DNA of 64,000 bases from Kofleriaceae bacterium (GTDB taxonomy: Bacteria; Myxococcota_A; Polyangia; Haliangiales; Haliangiaceae): contig JBKJLC010000222.1 of NCBI GenBank assembly GCA_046597055.1, forward strand, positions 25,586 through 89,585, written 5' to 3'. Under the pieces are notes generated by a model. It searched no databases, had not been told where the DNA came from, and saw only the letters and a program-made list of their open reading frames with translations. Of this stretch, positions 45,754 to 55,740 are shown piece by piece. Position numbers and translations under genes: made by a program. The stretch's first letter is position 1. Each line of letters opens with the position of its first letter.

Positions 45754-46590
45754 ATGCGCAAGACCCTCCTGCTCTCGCTGAGCGCCCTCGCCTTTGCTGG
45801 CTGCGCCAAGCCGCGCACCTCGGCGGCGACCCAGCCGTCGCTCGCCGCGTTCGACCCGGCCCAGTCCGATCCCAAGGCGGTCGCGATCGTCGACGCCGCG
45901 GTCACCAAGCTCGGCGGCGCCGACAAGTGGACCGGCCTCAAGCAGCTGCGCTTCACGTCCGCGTACAAGCAGGACGGCGTGCTGAAGGCGCGCTTCGAGC
46001 ACGCCTGGGACCGCTGGAACGGCCGGCACCTGTTCATTTCGCTCGACATGCAGACCGCGGCGGCCGAGCCCGACGACCGCAAGTACCTCGAGGTCCGCCA
46101 CGACCTGTTCGACCAGGACGCGGCACCGTCGGCCAAGTACGACGGTGGCGCGCTGATGCGGGCCGAGGCCGGCACCCACGCCGACACCGCCACCAAGCAC
46201 CTGACCCAGGACCTCTACTTCCTGGCGATCGTCCACAAGCTGAAGGATCCGGGCGTGAAGCTCGCGGTCGACAACGCCGAGGTCGTGATCACCGACTCGG
46301 AGCTGTGCAAGCCGTCGTGCACCTCGGTCAAGGTCACCTTCGATCCCGCGATCGGGACCGACACCTGGTACGTCAGCTTCAACAACGAGTCCCAGCTGCC
46401 CCAGGTGGTCGAGCTGCAGAAGGGCGCCGGCCGCATCGGCTACGAGCTGGCGGGCTGGGTCGATGCCGGCGGGCTCAAGTGGCCCAGCAAGCTGCAGAAC
46501 ATCGGCTACAAGGGCGAGGTCATCGAGCTCACCGACATCGCGGTCGGCGACGTCGACGACGGGCTGTTCGTGCCCAGCGTCGGGCACTGA
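45754..46590 (+). CDS. Lipoprotein, beta-rich (LolA-like/DUF6503-like fold possible)
   Basis: FAGC lipobox; LGGADKW, KLKDPGVKL, VKVTFDPAIGTD. Confidence 0.7.
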   Translation: MRKTLLLSLSALAFAGCAKPRTSAATQPSLAAFDPAQSDPKAVAIVDAAVTKLGGADKWTGLKQLRFTSAYKQDGVLKARFEHAWDRWNGRHLFISLDMQTAAAEPDDRKYLEVRHDLFDQDAAPSAKYDGGALMRAEAGTHADTATKHLTQDLYFLAIVHKLKDPGVKLAVDNAEVVITDSELCKPSCTSVKVTFDPAIGTDTWYVSFNNESQLPQVVELQKGAGRIGYELAGWVDAGGLKWPSKLQNIGYKGEVIELTDIAVGDVDDGLFVPSVGH

Positions 46591-46662
46591 TCGCGCGTCC
46601 GAACGCCGGTTGCGCCACGGCGTACACGCGCGGTGGTAGCCTGGCGGACCTCCGGAGGTTCC

Positions 46663-47607
46663 ATGGCCAAGCCCCTGGTCTACAACGCGACCCTGCTCGA
46701 GCGCGTCGACGTCACCGACGCGCTCACCCTGTTTCGGGTCATGCCCGACGAGCGTCCGGCGCCAGGGTGGTTCACCCCCGGCCAGTACTGCGTGCTCGGC
46801 ATGAACAACCCGGCCAAGCCCGAGCTGGGCTCGGTGCGGCGCTCGATGTCGATCGCGTCGGCGCCCGAGGACGATGGCGCGATCGAGTTCTACATCCGCT
46901 TCGTCGCGAAGCCGGAGAGCGAGAACCCGCTCACCCACCTCTTGTGGACGCTGAAGGACGGCGACCGCATGTACATGCGGCCGGTCGCGGCGGGCGTGTT
47001 CACGGTCAAGGACACCGTCGGCCTCGACGACCCGCGGTTCCGGGTGGCGGTCGCCGCCGGCACCGGCTCGGCGCCGTTCGTGAGCATGGTGCGCAGCGAG
47101 CTGCGCCGTGACCCGGCGGCCGATCTGTCGAAGTACGTCATCCTGCACGGCGCGTCGTACCCGTCGGATCTCGGCCACCGCGACGAGCTGCTCGGCATGG
47201 CCGCACGCAACGGCCTGCACTACTGGGGCACGGTCAGCCGGCCCAAGGAAGCCCCGGACTGGTCGGGCGACACCGGCCGGGTCGAGAACTACTTCGGCGG
47301 GGAGCGGCTGGCCGAGCTCGAGCGCCGGCTCGGGATGACGCCGGGCGGCTTCACCCCGGCGACCGCGGCGGTGTTGATCTGCGGGCTGCAGGGCACGATC
47401 GGCACGACCATCACCCACCTGTGCTCGCGCGGCTTCGTGCCCGACCACAAGCGGATGCGCGAGGCGCTGGGCGCCCCGCCCGAGGTGCCGGCCAGCCTGT
47501 TCTACGAGCAGTACGACACCGAGCCGGTGATCAACATCAAGGATCCGGCCGTGGTCGATCCGCTCAAGGCCGAGCTCGCGTCGGCGCTCGCCCGCCAGGG
47601 TCGCTGA
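46663..47607 (+). CDS. fpr: Ferredoxin/flavodoxin-NADP+ reductase family protein
   Basis: FTPGQY, RRSMSIAS, AAGTGSAPFVSM, LICG; GGAGG SD. Confidence 0.85.
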   Translation: MAKPLVYNATLLERVDVTDALTLFRVMPDERPAPGWFTPGQYCVLGMNNPAKPELGSVRRSMSIASAPEDDGAIEFYIRFVAKPESENPLTHLLWTLKDGDRMYMRPVAAGVFTVKDTVGLDDPRFRVAVAAGTGSAPFVSMVRSELRRDPAADLSKYVILHGASYPSDLGHRDELLGMAARNGLHYWGTVSRPKEAPDWSGDTGRVENYFGGERLAELERRLGMTPGGFTPATAAVLICGLQGTIGTTITHLCSRGFVPDHKRMREALGAPPEVPASLFYEQYDTEPVINIKDPAVVDPLKAELASALARQGR

Positions 47608-47609
47608 CG

Positions 47610-48308
47610 GTGGCGCCGGTCGCGTTCGTCGCCGGGGCGACCGGGTTCGTCGGGCACGCGGTGGTGACCACGCTGCGCAAACGCGGCGTGCGAACGCTGG
47701 CCCACGTGCGGCCGGACTCGTCGAAGCTGGCGGTCTGGCGCGAGCGCTTCGCGCAGGGCGGCGCCGAGATCGACACCACGCCCTGGGAGCAGGGCGCGCT
47801 GACCGAGACCCTGCGCGCGCAGGCGGTCACCCACGTGTTCGTGCTGATCGGCACGACCCGGGCGCGGGCGAAGGCCGACGGGGTCGAGGGCGACATCTAC
47901 GAGGCGATCGACGTGGGCCTGACCCGGCTGCTGGCCGGCGCCGCCGCCGCCGCCGGGACCCGGCCGCGGCTGGTGTACCTGTCGTCGATCGGCGCGTCCG
48001 AGCAGGCCGCGTCGGCCTACCTGCGGGCCCGCGGCCGCGCCGAGGCGGCGGTGCGCGCCGCCGGCGTGCCGTGGGTGAGCGCGCGCCCGTCGTTCATCAG
48101 CGGGCCCGGCCGGGAGGACGCCCGGCCCGGCGAGCGGATCGCCGCCACCGTCGCCGACGGTGCGCTCGCGCTGGTCGGGTTCCTCGGCGGCCGCCGCGTG
48201 CGCGCGAAGTACGCGTCGACCACGCCCGACGCCCTGGCGGTCGCGCTGGTGCGACTCGGCCTCGACGACGCCCGGGACGGCGTCTTCGAGGGCGCCGACC
48301 TGCGCTGA
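47610..48308 (+). CDS. NAD(P)H-binding atypical SDR / epimerase-like oxidoreductase
   Basis: FVAGATGFVG, VYLSSIGA, YLRAR, RPSFISG. Confidence 0.85.
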   Translation: MAPVAFVAGATGFVGHAVVTTLRKRGVRTLAHVRPDSSKLAVWRERFAQGGAEIDTTPWEQGALTETLRAQAVTHVFVLIGTTRARAKADGVEGDIYEAIDVGLTRLLAGAAAAAGTRPRLVYLSSIGASEQAASAYLRARGRAEAAVRAAGVPWVSARPSFISGPGREDARPGERIAATVADGALALVGFLGGRRVRAKYASTTPDALAVALVRLGLDDARDGVFEGADLR

Positions 48309-48341
48309 TCAACGCCTCTCGAGTGCCGGGATGCAGCGGGG

Positions 48342-49523
48342 TCACTCGAGCGTGACGAGCGCGAAGCGAGGCCAGTACAGGTCGCGCATGCCGGCCGCGG
48401 TGAACAGGTCGGCGAAGGTGAAGCTGCTGGCGACGTAGGTCATCGCCAGGCCCGGTGCGGTGAGCTCGGGATGGGCCTTGCCGGCGTAGACGAAGGGACG
48501 GGTGCCGCCCGACTCGGCGGGGGTGAAGACGGCGACGGGCGCCGTCCACGGGCCGTCGAGGCGCGGCGCCTCGCGCACCGCGAGGGTGGTCGCACCGAAG
48601 CCATGGCTCGCGGTGACCAGCCAGCGCTCGAGCGCCGGGTCGTGGTGCAGCGAGGCCTCGCTGGTACCGTCCGGAAATGCGGTGGCGGGCGCGCCGGTCA
48701 GGCCGGCGGCGGCGACCCAGGCGCCGCCGTCCCACCACTCGACGGCGTCGAGCTGACCGGCGCCGAGCGCCGCGACCGGCCAGCGGGCCAGGTAGGTCGG
48801 GCGGGTGCTGCCGGTCCCGGTCGCGAGCGCGACCACGTGATCGCCGACCAGCGCGGCGGCGACGCCGACCGTCGCCGGGACGGCCTGCGCCGGTGGCTCG
48901 ACCAGGCGCACGGTCCAGCCGGCCGGCGCGCCCGCCGGATCGTCGATGATCGCGAGCCGCCAGCCATCGCCGGCGAAGCCGAAGCCCTGTCCGGGTGTCG
49001 GACGGAAGACGCCGAGGAAGATCACCAGCCGGCCGTCCGGGAGTCGGACACCCCCGCCAGGCCAGTGCCAGCGGTCGCCGACGCCGGGGAAGAATGGCGC
49101 GGGCACCGCGCTGGCGTCAGTCCGCCACACCGGCGCGAAGCTGGCGACCACCGGGTCGCGGCCGTCCTGGATCGCGACCGTGTTGCGAACGATCCGCGCC
49201 TCGCTGCGAGTCAGCGCGGCGGAGGTCGCGACGAAGGTATCGCCGAACATCCACAGGATACGGCCGTCGCCGAGGTCGACCGAGTACGCCGCGTCGGCGC
49301 CGAGCCAGCGCGGATCGCCGCGGTGGAACAGCGCATCGGCTTCGGGCCACGCGCGCCCGGTCCCGGTGACCGGACCGCGCATGGCGTCGGGCGGCGCCCC
49401 GTCTGACCCGGTGCCGTCGATCTGCGGAGCAGCGTCGACGGGGGTGACCGGGGTAGCGTCGTCGGGGTTGCCGCACGCGGCGAAGACCGCGGCAGCGATC
49501 AGCGCAAAGCTCCAGCTCCTCAT
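48342..49523 (-). CDS. DUF4185/DUF5005-like beta-propeller lipoprotein (possible glycoside hydrolase)
   Basis: FAAC lipobox; WLGADAAYS, LWMFGDTF, GPW, YAGKAHP. Confidence 0.75.
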   Translation of the reverse strand: MRSWSFALIAAAVFAACGNPDDATPVTPVDAAPQIDGTGSDGAPPDAMRGPVTGTGRAWPEADALFHRGDPRWLGADAAYSVDLGDGRILWMFGDTFVATSAALTRSEARIVRNTVAIQDGRDPVVASFAPVWRTDASAVPAPFFPGVGDRWHWPGGGVRLPDGRLVIFLGVFRPTPGQGFGFAGDGWRLAIIDDPAGAPAGWTVRLVEPPAQAVPATVGVAAALVGDHVVALATGTGSTRPTYLARWPVAALGAGQLDAVEWWDGGAWVAAAGLTGAPATAFPDGTSEASLHHDPALERWLVTASHGFGATTLAVREAPRLDGPWTAPVAVFTPAESGGTRPFVYAGKAHPELTAPGLAMTYVASSFTFADLFTAAGMRDLYWPRFALVTLE

Positions 49524-49668
49524 GTGGGGCAGAGATTCACACGCTGGGCCAGCTGCAACACACCGGAATCAAACTCACATTCGCATCTCGGTGCGGCGGC
49601 GGGCCGACGATCTGTCCGGTTGTGGACGGTTCTGCACGCCGGCCGCCAGGGCGGGCGCGCGGCACCGG

Positions 49669-49851
49669 TCAGCAGGCGCGGGTGAACAACCAGACCACGA
49701 GCAGCAGCGGCAGTGGCACGCCCAGGACCCAGGCCAGCGCCCAGCCGGCTCGACCCGATTGGCGCTGGCGCACCAGCGCCTTGCTCTCGCCTTCGACGTG
49801 GGGAACGAGGATCTCGTACTGCTCGTAGTTTGCTTGGGGTTGCATCTGCAT
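49669..49851 (-). CDS. Small membrane protein (60 aa)
   Basis: GGAG SD; C-terminal hydrophobic WALAWVLGVPLPLLLVVWLF; preceded by sigma54-like promoter. Confidence 0.65.
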   Translation of the reverse strand: MQMQPQANYEQYEILVPHVEGESKALVRQRQSGRAGWALAWVLGVPLPLLLVVWLFTRAC

Positions 49852-49877
49852 GGGTCGTTCTCCTGCGAGATCGCCTT

Positions 49878-49893
49878 TGCAGCCGACATGCCA
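49878..49893 (-). promoter_or_regulatory. Putative sigma54 promoter
   Basis: Minus strand TGGCATGTCGGCTGCA (TGGC-N7-CTGCA). Confidence 0.6.
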
Positions 49894-49976
49894 CGCACGC
49901 TGCGTGCGTTGACGGCAGCTTCGCCGCGCGCAGGGCGACCGTTCGCGACACCCGCGCACATGAGTGCGCTCGGTGG

Positions 49977-52706
49977 TCAATCCCAGCCCTGGGCCGAGCC
50001 GTAGCTACCGGCCGGGGGCTCAGGCTTCGTCGGAGGCGTCGGGGGTCGAGCCGGGCTCGACGGGCGCGACGTGACCGCCGGCGGCGGCGTCCGCTCGAGC
50101 GCGCGCAGGAGCTGGTCGACCTCGCCGGCCAGCACGGCGCCGGCATCGCTGTCCGGAATCGCCGCACGGGCCTCGCTGACCAGCGTCCTGGCCCGGGCGC
50201 GCTGACCGCCTGCGCGCGCGGCATCGGCGGCGTCGAGCAGCGCGCGGGCGAGGCGCTCGTGCCGGGGCGGCAGCTGCCCGCGATAGCCGGCGATCGCCTG
50301 CTCGAACCAGCCCAGCGCGGCGGCGAGGTCGCCGCGGCGGCGCGCGAGCGTGCCGAGGTTGGCCTGCGCGATCGCCAGGTCACCGTGTCCGGCCGCGGCG
50401 AAGATGCGCCGAGCCGCCTCGAGCTCGCGGGCCGCGTCGTCGTGCGCGCCGCGATCGAGCGCGACCAGGCCGAGGCTGTTGTGGGTGAGCCCGACCTCGG
50501 GGTGATCGGCGCCGAGCGCGCGGCTGCGGATCGCGAGCGCCTCGCGGTAGTGCCGCTCGGCCTGATCCAGCTCGCCGGCGAGCCGCAGCACGCCGGCCAG
50601 GTTGTGCAGGTCGCGGCCGACATCGGGGTGGTCGCCGCCGAGCGCGGCGCGATCGATCGCGAGCGCTTGCGCGTGGCGCGCCCGCGCCCCCGCGGGGTCG
50701 CCGCGGAGCCGGGCGACGTGGCCGAGCCCCGACAGCGTGCGCGCGACCGCGACGTCGGGGCGATCGCCGGCGAGCGCCTGACGCAGCGCGAGCGCCGTGG
50801 CCAGCTCGCGCTCGGCGTCATCGAGCCGGCCCAGGTTCATCGCCAGCAGGCCGGCGCCATTGGCGAGGCGTGCGCGCAGCTCGGGCGGCGCCCCGGCCCG
50901 GTCGATCGCGGCGCTGGCCAGCTGTAGCCACTCGTCGGCGGCGCCCAGATCGCGGCGGTCGCCGGCGGCGCCGAGCCGCGCGATCCAGGCCCTGGCCGCG
51001 CCGAGATCGTCGTGGCCCCGCTCGGCCGCGACGATCGACGCGCGCGCCGCCCGATCGGCGCCGGCGTAGTCGCCGGCCCGGCGCCGCACCTCGGCCTCGA
51101 CCAGGTGCGCGCGCGCCAGCGTCGGCGCGTGGCCGGTGGCGGCCGCCGCTCGCACCAGCGCGGCGCCGTGGTCGGGCGCGATCGGCCCGGCGCCCACCAG
51201 GCGCGCGCGCACCCCCGCGACCTCGCGCTCGACCGCCGCCACCGCCGCGCGCTGCGCGACCGGCACTGGCGCCAGCAGGGCCAGCGCCGGCGAGCCCGCG
51301 CACTCGTCGGGTTCGGTGAGCGCGTCGACCGCGTCGGTGACGTGGGCGACCGCGCCCGGCTCGGTGCGCGCGAGCACGTCCGTGAGCGCGGCCAGCTCGG
51401 TCCGTCCGCGCTCGAGGCAGCGCTGGCGCACGTCGAGCAACCCCTCGGACTGGGCCCCGCGCACGCGGGTCGCCTGGCAGATCGTGACGCGCGCGATGCG
51501 CCAGCGCGCGGCCCAGGCGGCGAGGCGCTCGGCCGAGACCGCGTCGCCCCCCGCGGCCAGGCGCGCGCGCAGCACCGCCTCCACCGACGAGCTCCACGCC
51601 GGCGCGAGCTCGCCGGCGGCCGCGCGACATGGATCGACCGGCGTCACGCCGGGCCGCACCAGCCAGAAGATCGCGACGGCGATCGCGGCGGTCGCGAGCG
51701 GCGCCAGCCAGCGCCAGGGCCGGCGCGGCTGCCACGCCAGCGCCGCGACCAGCGCGTCCACCGACGGCCAGCGCGCCGACGGGTCGACCGCCAGTGCCCG
51801 CGTCAGGGCCCGCGTGATCGACGCCGGCACCGCGCGGCCGGGCGCGGCCGGTCCGCGCGCGATCGCGGCCGCCAGCTCGGCGAGGTCGCGGCCGTCGAAC
51901 GGCCGGGTCCCCACCAGCACCTCCCATGCGGTCACCGCGAGGCCGAACTGATCGCTGGCCGCGCTCGCCGGCCCGCCGCGCAGCTGCTCGGGCGCCATGT
52001 ACGCGGGCGTCCCGATCACCGTGCCGGTGCGGGTGAGCGTCGTCACCAGCGCACCGTCGGGCGGTCGGGCGCGCTCGCCGGGCGCGGTCTGGGCCAGCCC
52101 GAAGTCGCCGATCCGCGGCCGATCGTCGGCGCCGACGATCACGTTATCGGGCTTCACGTCGCGGTGGACCAGGCCGGCGGCGTGGGCCGCGGCCAGGCCG
52201 TGCCCGACCGCGCGCACCGCGGCGAGGCGGGCGCGCCAGGGCCGCGCCACCGCCCAGGTCCGCAGCGTGGGCCCGTCGACCAGCTCCATCGCCACGAAGA
52301 CCTGGTCGCCCGCGGTGCCGACATCGTGCACGGCGACGACGTTCGGGTGCTGCAGCCGCGCCATCGACTGCGCCTCGCGCAGCAGGCGATCACGCCCGCC
52401 GCCGGCCTCGGGCCGCAGCAGCTTGAGCGCGACCTTGCGGTCGAGCTCGGCGTCGTGGGCGGCGTAGACCACCCCCATCGCGCCGCTGCCCAGCCGACCG
52501 AGCACGACGTAGCGATCGACCGCGTCGCCGCGGCGCAGCTCGTCGGTCGCGGGCGCCTCGCTCGGGTCGCGGCCGCGGGCCACCGCCGCGATCAGCGCGC
52601 GGCAGGCGGCGCAGCGATCGAGGTGCCCATCGGCCGCCGACAGCTCGTCGCCGCCGAGCCCGCCCTGGATCAGCCGCAGCACCAGACTGTCGTCGAGACA
52701 CGCCAC
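49977..52706 (-). CDS. Membrane Ser/Thr kinase with N-terminal ZAS (HxxxCxxC) anti-sigma finger and C-terminal TPRs
   Basis: CLDD...GHLDRCAAC; LGSGAMGVVY, HRDVKPDNV, DFGLA, GTPAYMAPE; TM; DHPDVGRDLHNLA repeats; start GTG 52706 or ATG 52769. Confidence 0.9.
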   Translation of the reverse strand: MACLDDSLVLRLIQGGLGGDELSAADGHLDRCAACRALIAAVARGRDPSEAPATDELRRGDAVDRYVVLGRLGSGAMGVVYAAHDAELDRKVALKLLRPEAGGGRDRLLREAQSMARLQHPNVVAVHDVGTAGDQVFVAMELVDGPTLRTWAVARPWRARLAAVRAVGHGLAAAHAAGLVHRDVKPDNVIVGADDRPRIGDFGLAQTAPGERARPPDGALVTTLTRTGTVIGTPAYMAPEQLRGGPASAASDQFGLAVTAWEVLVGTRPFDGRDLAELAAAIARGPAAPGRAVPASITRALTRALAVDPSARWPSVDALVAALAWQPRRPWRWLAPLATAAIAVAIFWLVRPGVTPVDPCRAAAGELAPAWSSSVEAVLRARLAAGGDAVSAERLAAWAARWRIARVTICQATRVRGAQSEGLLDVRQRCLERGRTELAALTDVLARTEPGAVAHVTDAVDALTEPDECAGSPALALLAPVPVAQRAAVAAVEREVAGVRARLVGAGPIAPDHGAALVRAAAATGHAPTLARAHLVEAEVRRRAGDYAGADRAARASIVAAERGHDDLGAARAWIARLGAAGDRRDLGAADEWLQLASAAIDRAGAPPELRARLANGAGLLAMNLGRLDDAERELATALALRQALAGDRPDVAVARTLSGLGHVARLRGDPAGARARHAQALAIDRAALGGDHPDVGRDLHNLAGVLRLAGELDQAERHYREALAIRSRALGADHPEVGLTHNSLGLVALDRGAHDDAARELEAARRIFAAAGHGDLAIAQANLGTLARRRGDLAAALGWFEQAIAGYRGQLPPRHERLARALLDAADAARAGGQRARARTLVSEARAAIPDSDAGAVLAGEVDQLLRALERTPPPAVTSRPSSPARPPTPPTKPEPPAGSYGSAQGWD

Positions 52707-52767
52707 GCCGCCGTCCAGGATAGCGCGGGGTGGCGCCGGCCGGCCGACGACCGTATCGTCAGCCGGC

Positions 52768-53688
52768 ATGGAGACCCCGCTCGCCGCGGCCTTTCTCGCC
52801 GCGCGGTCCGGCGCCACCGCCGGTGGCGGCCTCGCGCCTGACGACGCGGACGATCGCGGCGGGCTCGAGGCGAGCCTCGCCGCCGCGTGCGCCGCCGCCG
52901 AGCGCGCCTGGCCGGGCGTCACCGTCGATCGCCTGGCGCTGGCCGCGGCGCTGGGCGCGCTGGCCACGCCGACCGCGGCGGTGCCGATCACCGACGAGGC
53001 CGCGGTCGAGCTCGCGCTCGCGCTGGCGTGCGCGCGCGGCGAGCGGGCCGCGCTGCTCGGGTTCGACCGCGCCTACCTCGCGGGCGTGCCAGCCGGGCTC
53101 GCGCACATGCGGCTCGACCCCGCGCTGGTCGTCGATCTGGTCCAGGACGTGCGCACCAAGCTCCTGGTCGGCACCGCCGACGCGCCCGCGCGCATCCTCG
53201 CGTATGCCGGGCGCGGCACCCTGCGCGGCCTGACCCAGGTGATGGCAGCCCGCGCCGCGCTCGATCATCTGCGCGGACAGCGCCGGCACGACTCCGACGA
53301 CGAGCTGGCCGTGCTCGCCGCGGCCGGCGACGATCCCGAGCTCGCCTTTCTCAAGGCCCACTACCAGGGCGCGTTCAAGGCCGCGTTCACCGCCGCCGCC
53401 GCCGGGCTCGACGCCCGCAGCCGCAACCTGCTGCGCCTGCACCACCTCGACGGCGTCACCCTCGAGCAGCTCGCCGCGATGTACGGCGTCCACCGCGCCA
53501 CCGCCGTGCGCTGGCTGGCCGAGGTCCGTCGCCGCCTGCTGGCCGGCACCCGCGCCCAGCTGACGACGACGCTGGCGGTGTCGACCGACGAGCTCGACAG
53601 CATCATGGCGCTGATCGGCAGCCGACTCGACGCCAGCGTGCGTCGCCTGCTCGGCGCGGTCGGCGAGCCGGGACCCGATCACGGCTGA
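52768..53688 (+). CDS. ECF-type sigma-70 factor, Myxococcales kinase-associated type
   Basis: ELALALACARG, DVRTKLLVG, YAGRGTL, DPELAFLK, LLRLHHLDGVTLEQLAAMYGVHRATAVRW. Confidence 0.88.
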   Translation: METPLAAAFLAARSGATAGGGLAPDDADDRGGLEASLAAACAAAERAWPGVTVDRLALAAALGALATPTAAVPITDEAAVELALALACARGERAALLGFDRAYLAGVPAGLAHMRLDPALVVDLVQDVRTKLLVGTADAPARILAYAGRGTLRGLTQVMAARAALDHLRGQRRHDSDDELAVLAAAGDDPELAFLKAHYQGAFKAAFTAAAAGLDARSRNLLRLHHLDGVTLEQLAAMYGVHRATAVRWLAEVRRRLLAGTRAQLTTTLAVSTDELDSIMALIGSRLDASVRRLLGAVGEPGPDHG

Positions 53689-54048
53689 CTACACCCGCCG
53701 CGCGACCTTGGCCGCCGGCGCCCGGACCGGGAACGACCAGTCGACCACCTGCCACCCACCGGCGCGGCGCGCGAGCACGTAGGTCTGGCGGGCGCGGGCG
53801 CGGCGGCCGCCACCGGCATCGGCGTCGTACTCGATCATCACCCGCGCACGGTCGGCGGTGATACGCGGCGGGCCGACCGCCACCCGCGCGCCGAGCGGGC
53901 CGAGGAACGCAGTCAGCGCGGCCTGGACGCGGTCGGCGTCGGAGACCTGCTGGTAGCCGCCACAGGCGGCGGCGGCGGTGGGTGCCGCGACCAGCGCGGC
54001 GGTGCCGAGGCCGAAGGACAGGACGAGCGTACGGGCGAGAGAGGTCAT
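53689..54048 (-). CDS. Small secreted protein (NTF2-like C-terminus)
   Basis: AAGGAG SD; signal peptide; YVLARRAGGWQVVDW. Confidence 0.7.
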   Translation of the reverse strand: MTSLARTLVLSFGLGTAALVAAPTAAAACGGYQQVSDADRVQAALTAFLGPLGARVAVGPPRITADRARVMIEYDADAGGGRRARARQTYVLARRAGGWQVVDWSFPVRAPAAKVARRV

Positions 54049-54169
54049 CGATAGCTCCTTGGTTCATGACGAGAACGCGGAGCCCGGACGACCGGCGCAC
54101 GCAGATCGACCTGCCTTTTTCCGGTGTCCCTGAGCCGGCGCTACGCGCCGTGTCGAAGGGCAGCGCTCG

Positions 54170-54279
54170 GGATTGATCACAAGTAGTCATGTGATCGGAA
54201 GCGCTCACCCTTTCGATCACCGGCAGACCTCAGGATTGATCACGACTCGCCAGGTGATCGAAAGCGCTCCGCCTTTTCG
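54170..54279. repeat. Two direct repeats (63-bp period), each containing GATCAC-N10-GTGATC
   Basis: GGATTGATCAC aagtagtcat GTGATCGgAAGCGCTC at 54170 and GGATTGATCAC gactcgccag GTGATCGaAAGCGCTC at 54233. Confidence 0.8.
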
Positions 54280-54303
54280 TGCTGGATCTCGAGGGCGGAC
54301 GCG

Positions 54304-54792
54304 TCACGCCGCGGACGCGGCGAGCAGCTTGCGGAACATCACCATGTCGACCGCGGGCGCGTAGTAGTCCGGCACGCGCGCGGCCTGCGCGTACCCGCAC
54401 CCGAGGTAGAAGCCCCGGGTCCTCGCGTAGCTGTCCTCGCCGGAGGTCTGGACCAGCAGCAGCCGCTGACCGCGCTCGACGAGCAAGCGCTCGACATGGC
54501 GGAGGAGCGCCGCGCCGCGACCGCGCCCCTGGTGGCGCGGCTCGACCGCGATCATGAGCAGCTCGCAGGTGCCGTCGGTGGCTCGCACCGGCTCGACGTA
54601 CGCCATCGCGACGCGCTCACCGGCGCCGTCCGGCTCGTCGATCAAGCACAGGTGTCCGGCGTCCTGGTGGCCCGCGAAGTAGCCCGCCATCATGCCGTCG
54701 GTGATGCTCGTCTCGTCCGCGGCGAACATGCCGGCGGCGACCCCGACCGCGCTCACGAAGCCGGCGTCGTCGGGGGTGGCGAGCCGGATCAT
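54304..54792 (-). CDS. GNAT family N-acetyltransferase
   Basis: IAVEPRHQGRGRG, LVQTSG, TRGFY..CGY, DYY. Confidence 0.9.
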   Translation of the reverse strand: MIRLATPDDAGFVSAVGVAAGMFAADETSITDGMMAGYFAGHQDAGHLCLIDEPDGAGERVAMAYVEPVRATDGTCELLMIAVEPRHQGRGRGAALLRHVERLLVERGQRLLLVQTSGEDSYARTRGFYLGCGYAQAARVPDYYAPAVDMVMFRKLLAASAA

Positions 54793-54852
54793 CGCGCACC
54801 GCGCGCAGGGGTCGGGCGGTCGAGCATCGCCATCATCATGGCAGGATACGTA

Positions 54853-55740
54853 CTACCGGACCGGCGGGGCGGCGTAGCGGCGTAGATCGCCGGGCTCGAT
54901 CGCGAAGGTGCGGTCATCGATCAGGACGCCGACGGCGAGGCGCACGGCCGGGATGACCAGCGGGCCGCGGCGGACCGGGCGACCGAAGCGGCGGGCCAGG
55001 CCGCGATAGGCGTCGGCCGACGCCGCTCGGAAGCCGGTGATCGCGCCGCTGCCGCCGAACGACAGGGCGCGCTCGGCCGCGAGCGCTTGCACCGCGGCGG
55101 TCGCCTTGGCGCTGACCACCAGCACCGGCCAGCTCACCGCCGGCAGCGTGGTGACCCGGGTGACGCCGGCGGGCAAGGTCAGGCCGCCGGGGACCACCGC
55201 GGCGTCGGCCTTGCCGAGACCGAGCGCCGTGACCGCCGACAGCACGTCGGGCGAGGCCTCGACCCGGAAGAAGTCGGCGGGCAGCTCACCGCCCAGCATC
55301 GCCTCCAGCACGAACTCGCGCTCGCGCCCACCCACCGACGGCACCAGGACCTTCTTGCCCGCGAGGCCGAGCAGGCCGGCCGCGCCGGCGGCGCCGCTGC
55401 GCGCGACCAGCTCCCAGCCGACCCGGGTGTCGCCACCCCGCACCGCGACCGCGACCACCGCGACCGACGCGGTGGTCGACGCCAGGTAGCTCGCTTCGAC
55501 CACGGCCACGTCGATGTCGCCCTTGCGCAGCGCCGACGCGAAGTCCCCCGCCCGACCGTAGACCTTGCCGACACCCTGGCCACCTCCGATGTGGGCCGCC
55601 AGCCGGTTGGCGAACTCGAGCCGCGCGCCGGCGCCCTCGAACGGCGTCGCCGGCACGAACACGCCGACCCGCACCGGCTCGGCGGCCGCCGCCGCCGCGG
55701 CCAGCGCGACCATCACCGCCGCGAGCAGGACGCGGCTCAT
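54853..55740 (-). CDS. PhnD/phosphonate-binding-like periplasmic binding protein
   Basis: Signal peptide; ALRKGDIDVAVV, LAGKKV, VTALGLGKADAAVV; ATGA overlap with TPR gene. Confidence 0.7.
   Translation of the reverse strand: MSRVLLAAVMVALAAAAAAAEPVRVGVFVPATPFEGAGARLEFANRLAAHIGGGQGVGKVYGRAGDFASALRKGDIDVAVVEASYLASTTASVAVVAVAVRGGDTRVGWELVARSGAAGAAGLLGLAGKKVLVPSVGGREREFVLEAMLGGELPADFFRVEASPDVLSAVTALGLGKADAAVVPGGLTLPAGVTRVTTLPAVSWPVLVVSAKATAAVQALAAERALSFGGSGAITGFRAASADAYRGLARRFGRPVRRGPLVIPAVRLAVGVLIDDRTFAIEPGDLRRYAAPPVR

Noticed and set aside
54170..54279. Repeat pair as mini-CRISPR, integron attC or the 54173-54364 ORF
   Set aside because: Only two units with internal variable cores; no cas or intI genes; no RYYYAAC/GTTRRRY ends; the ORF has atypical codons and overlaps the GNAT gene.
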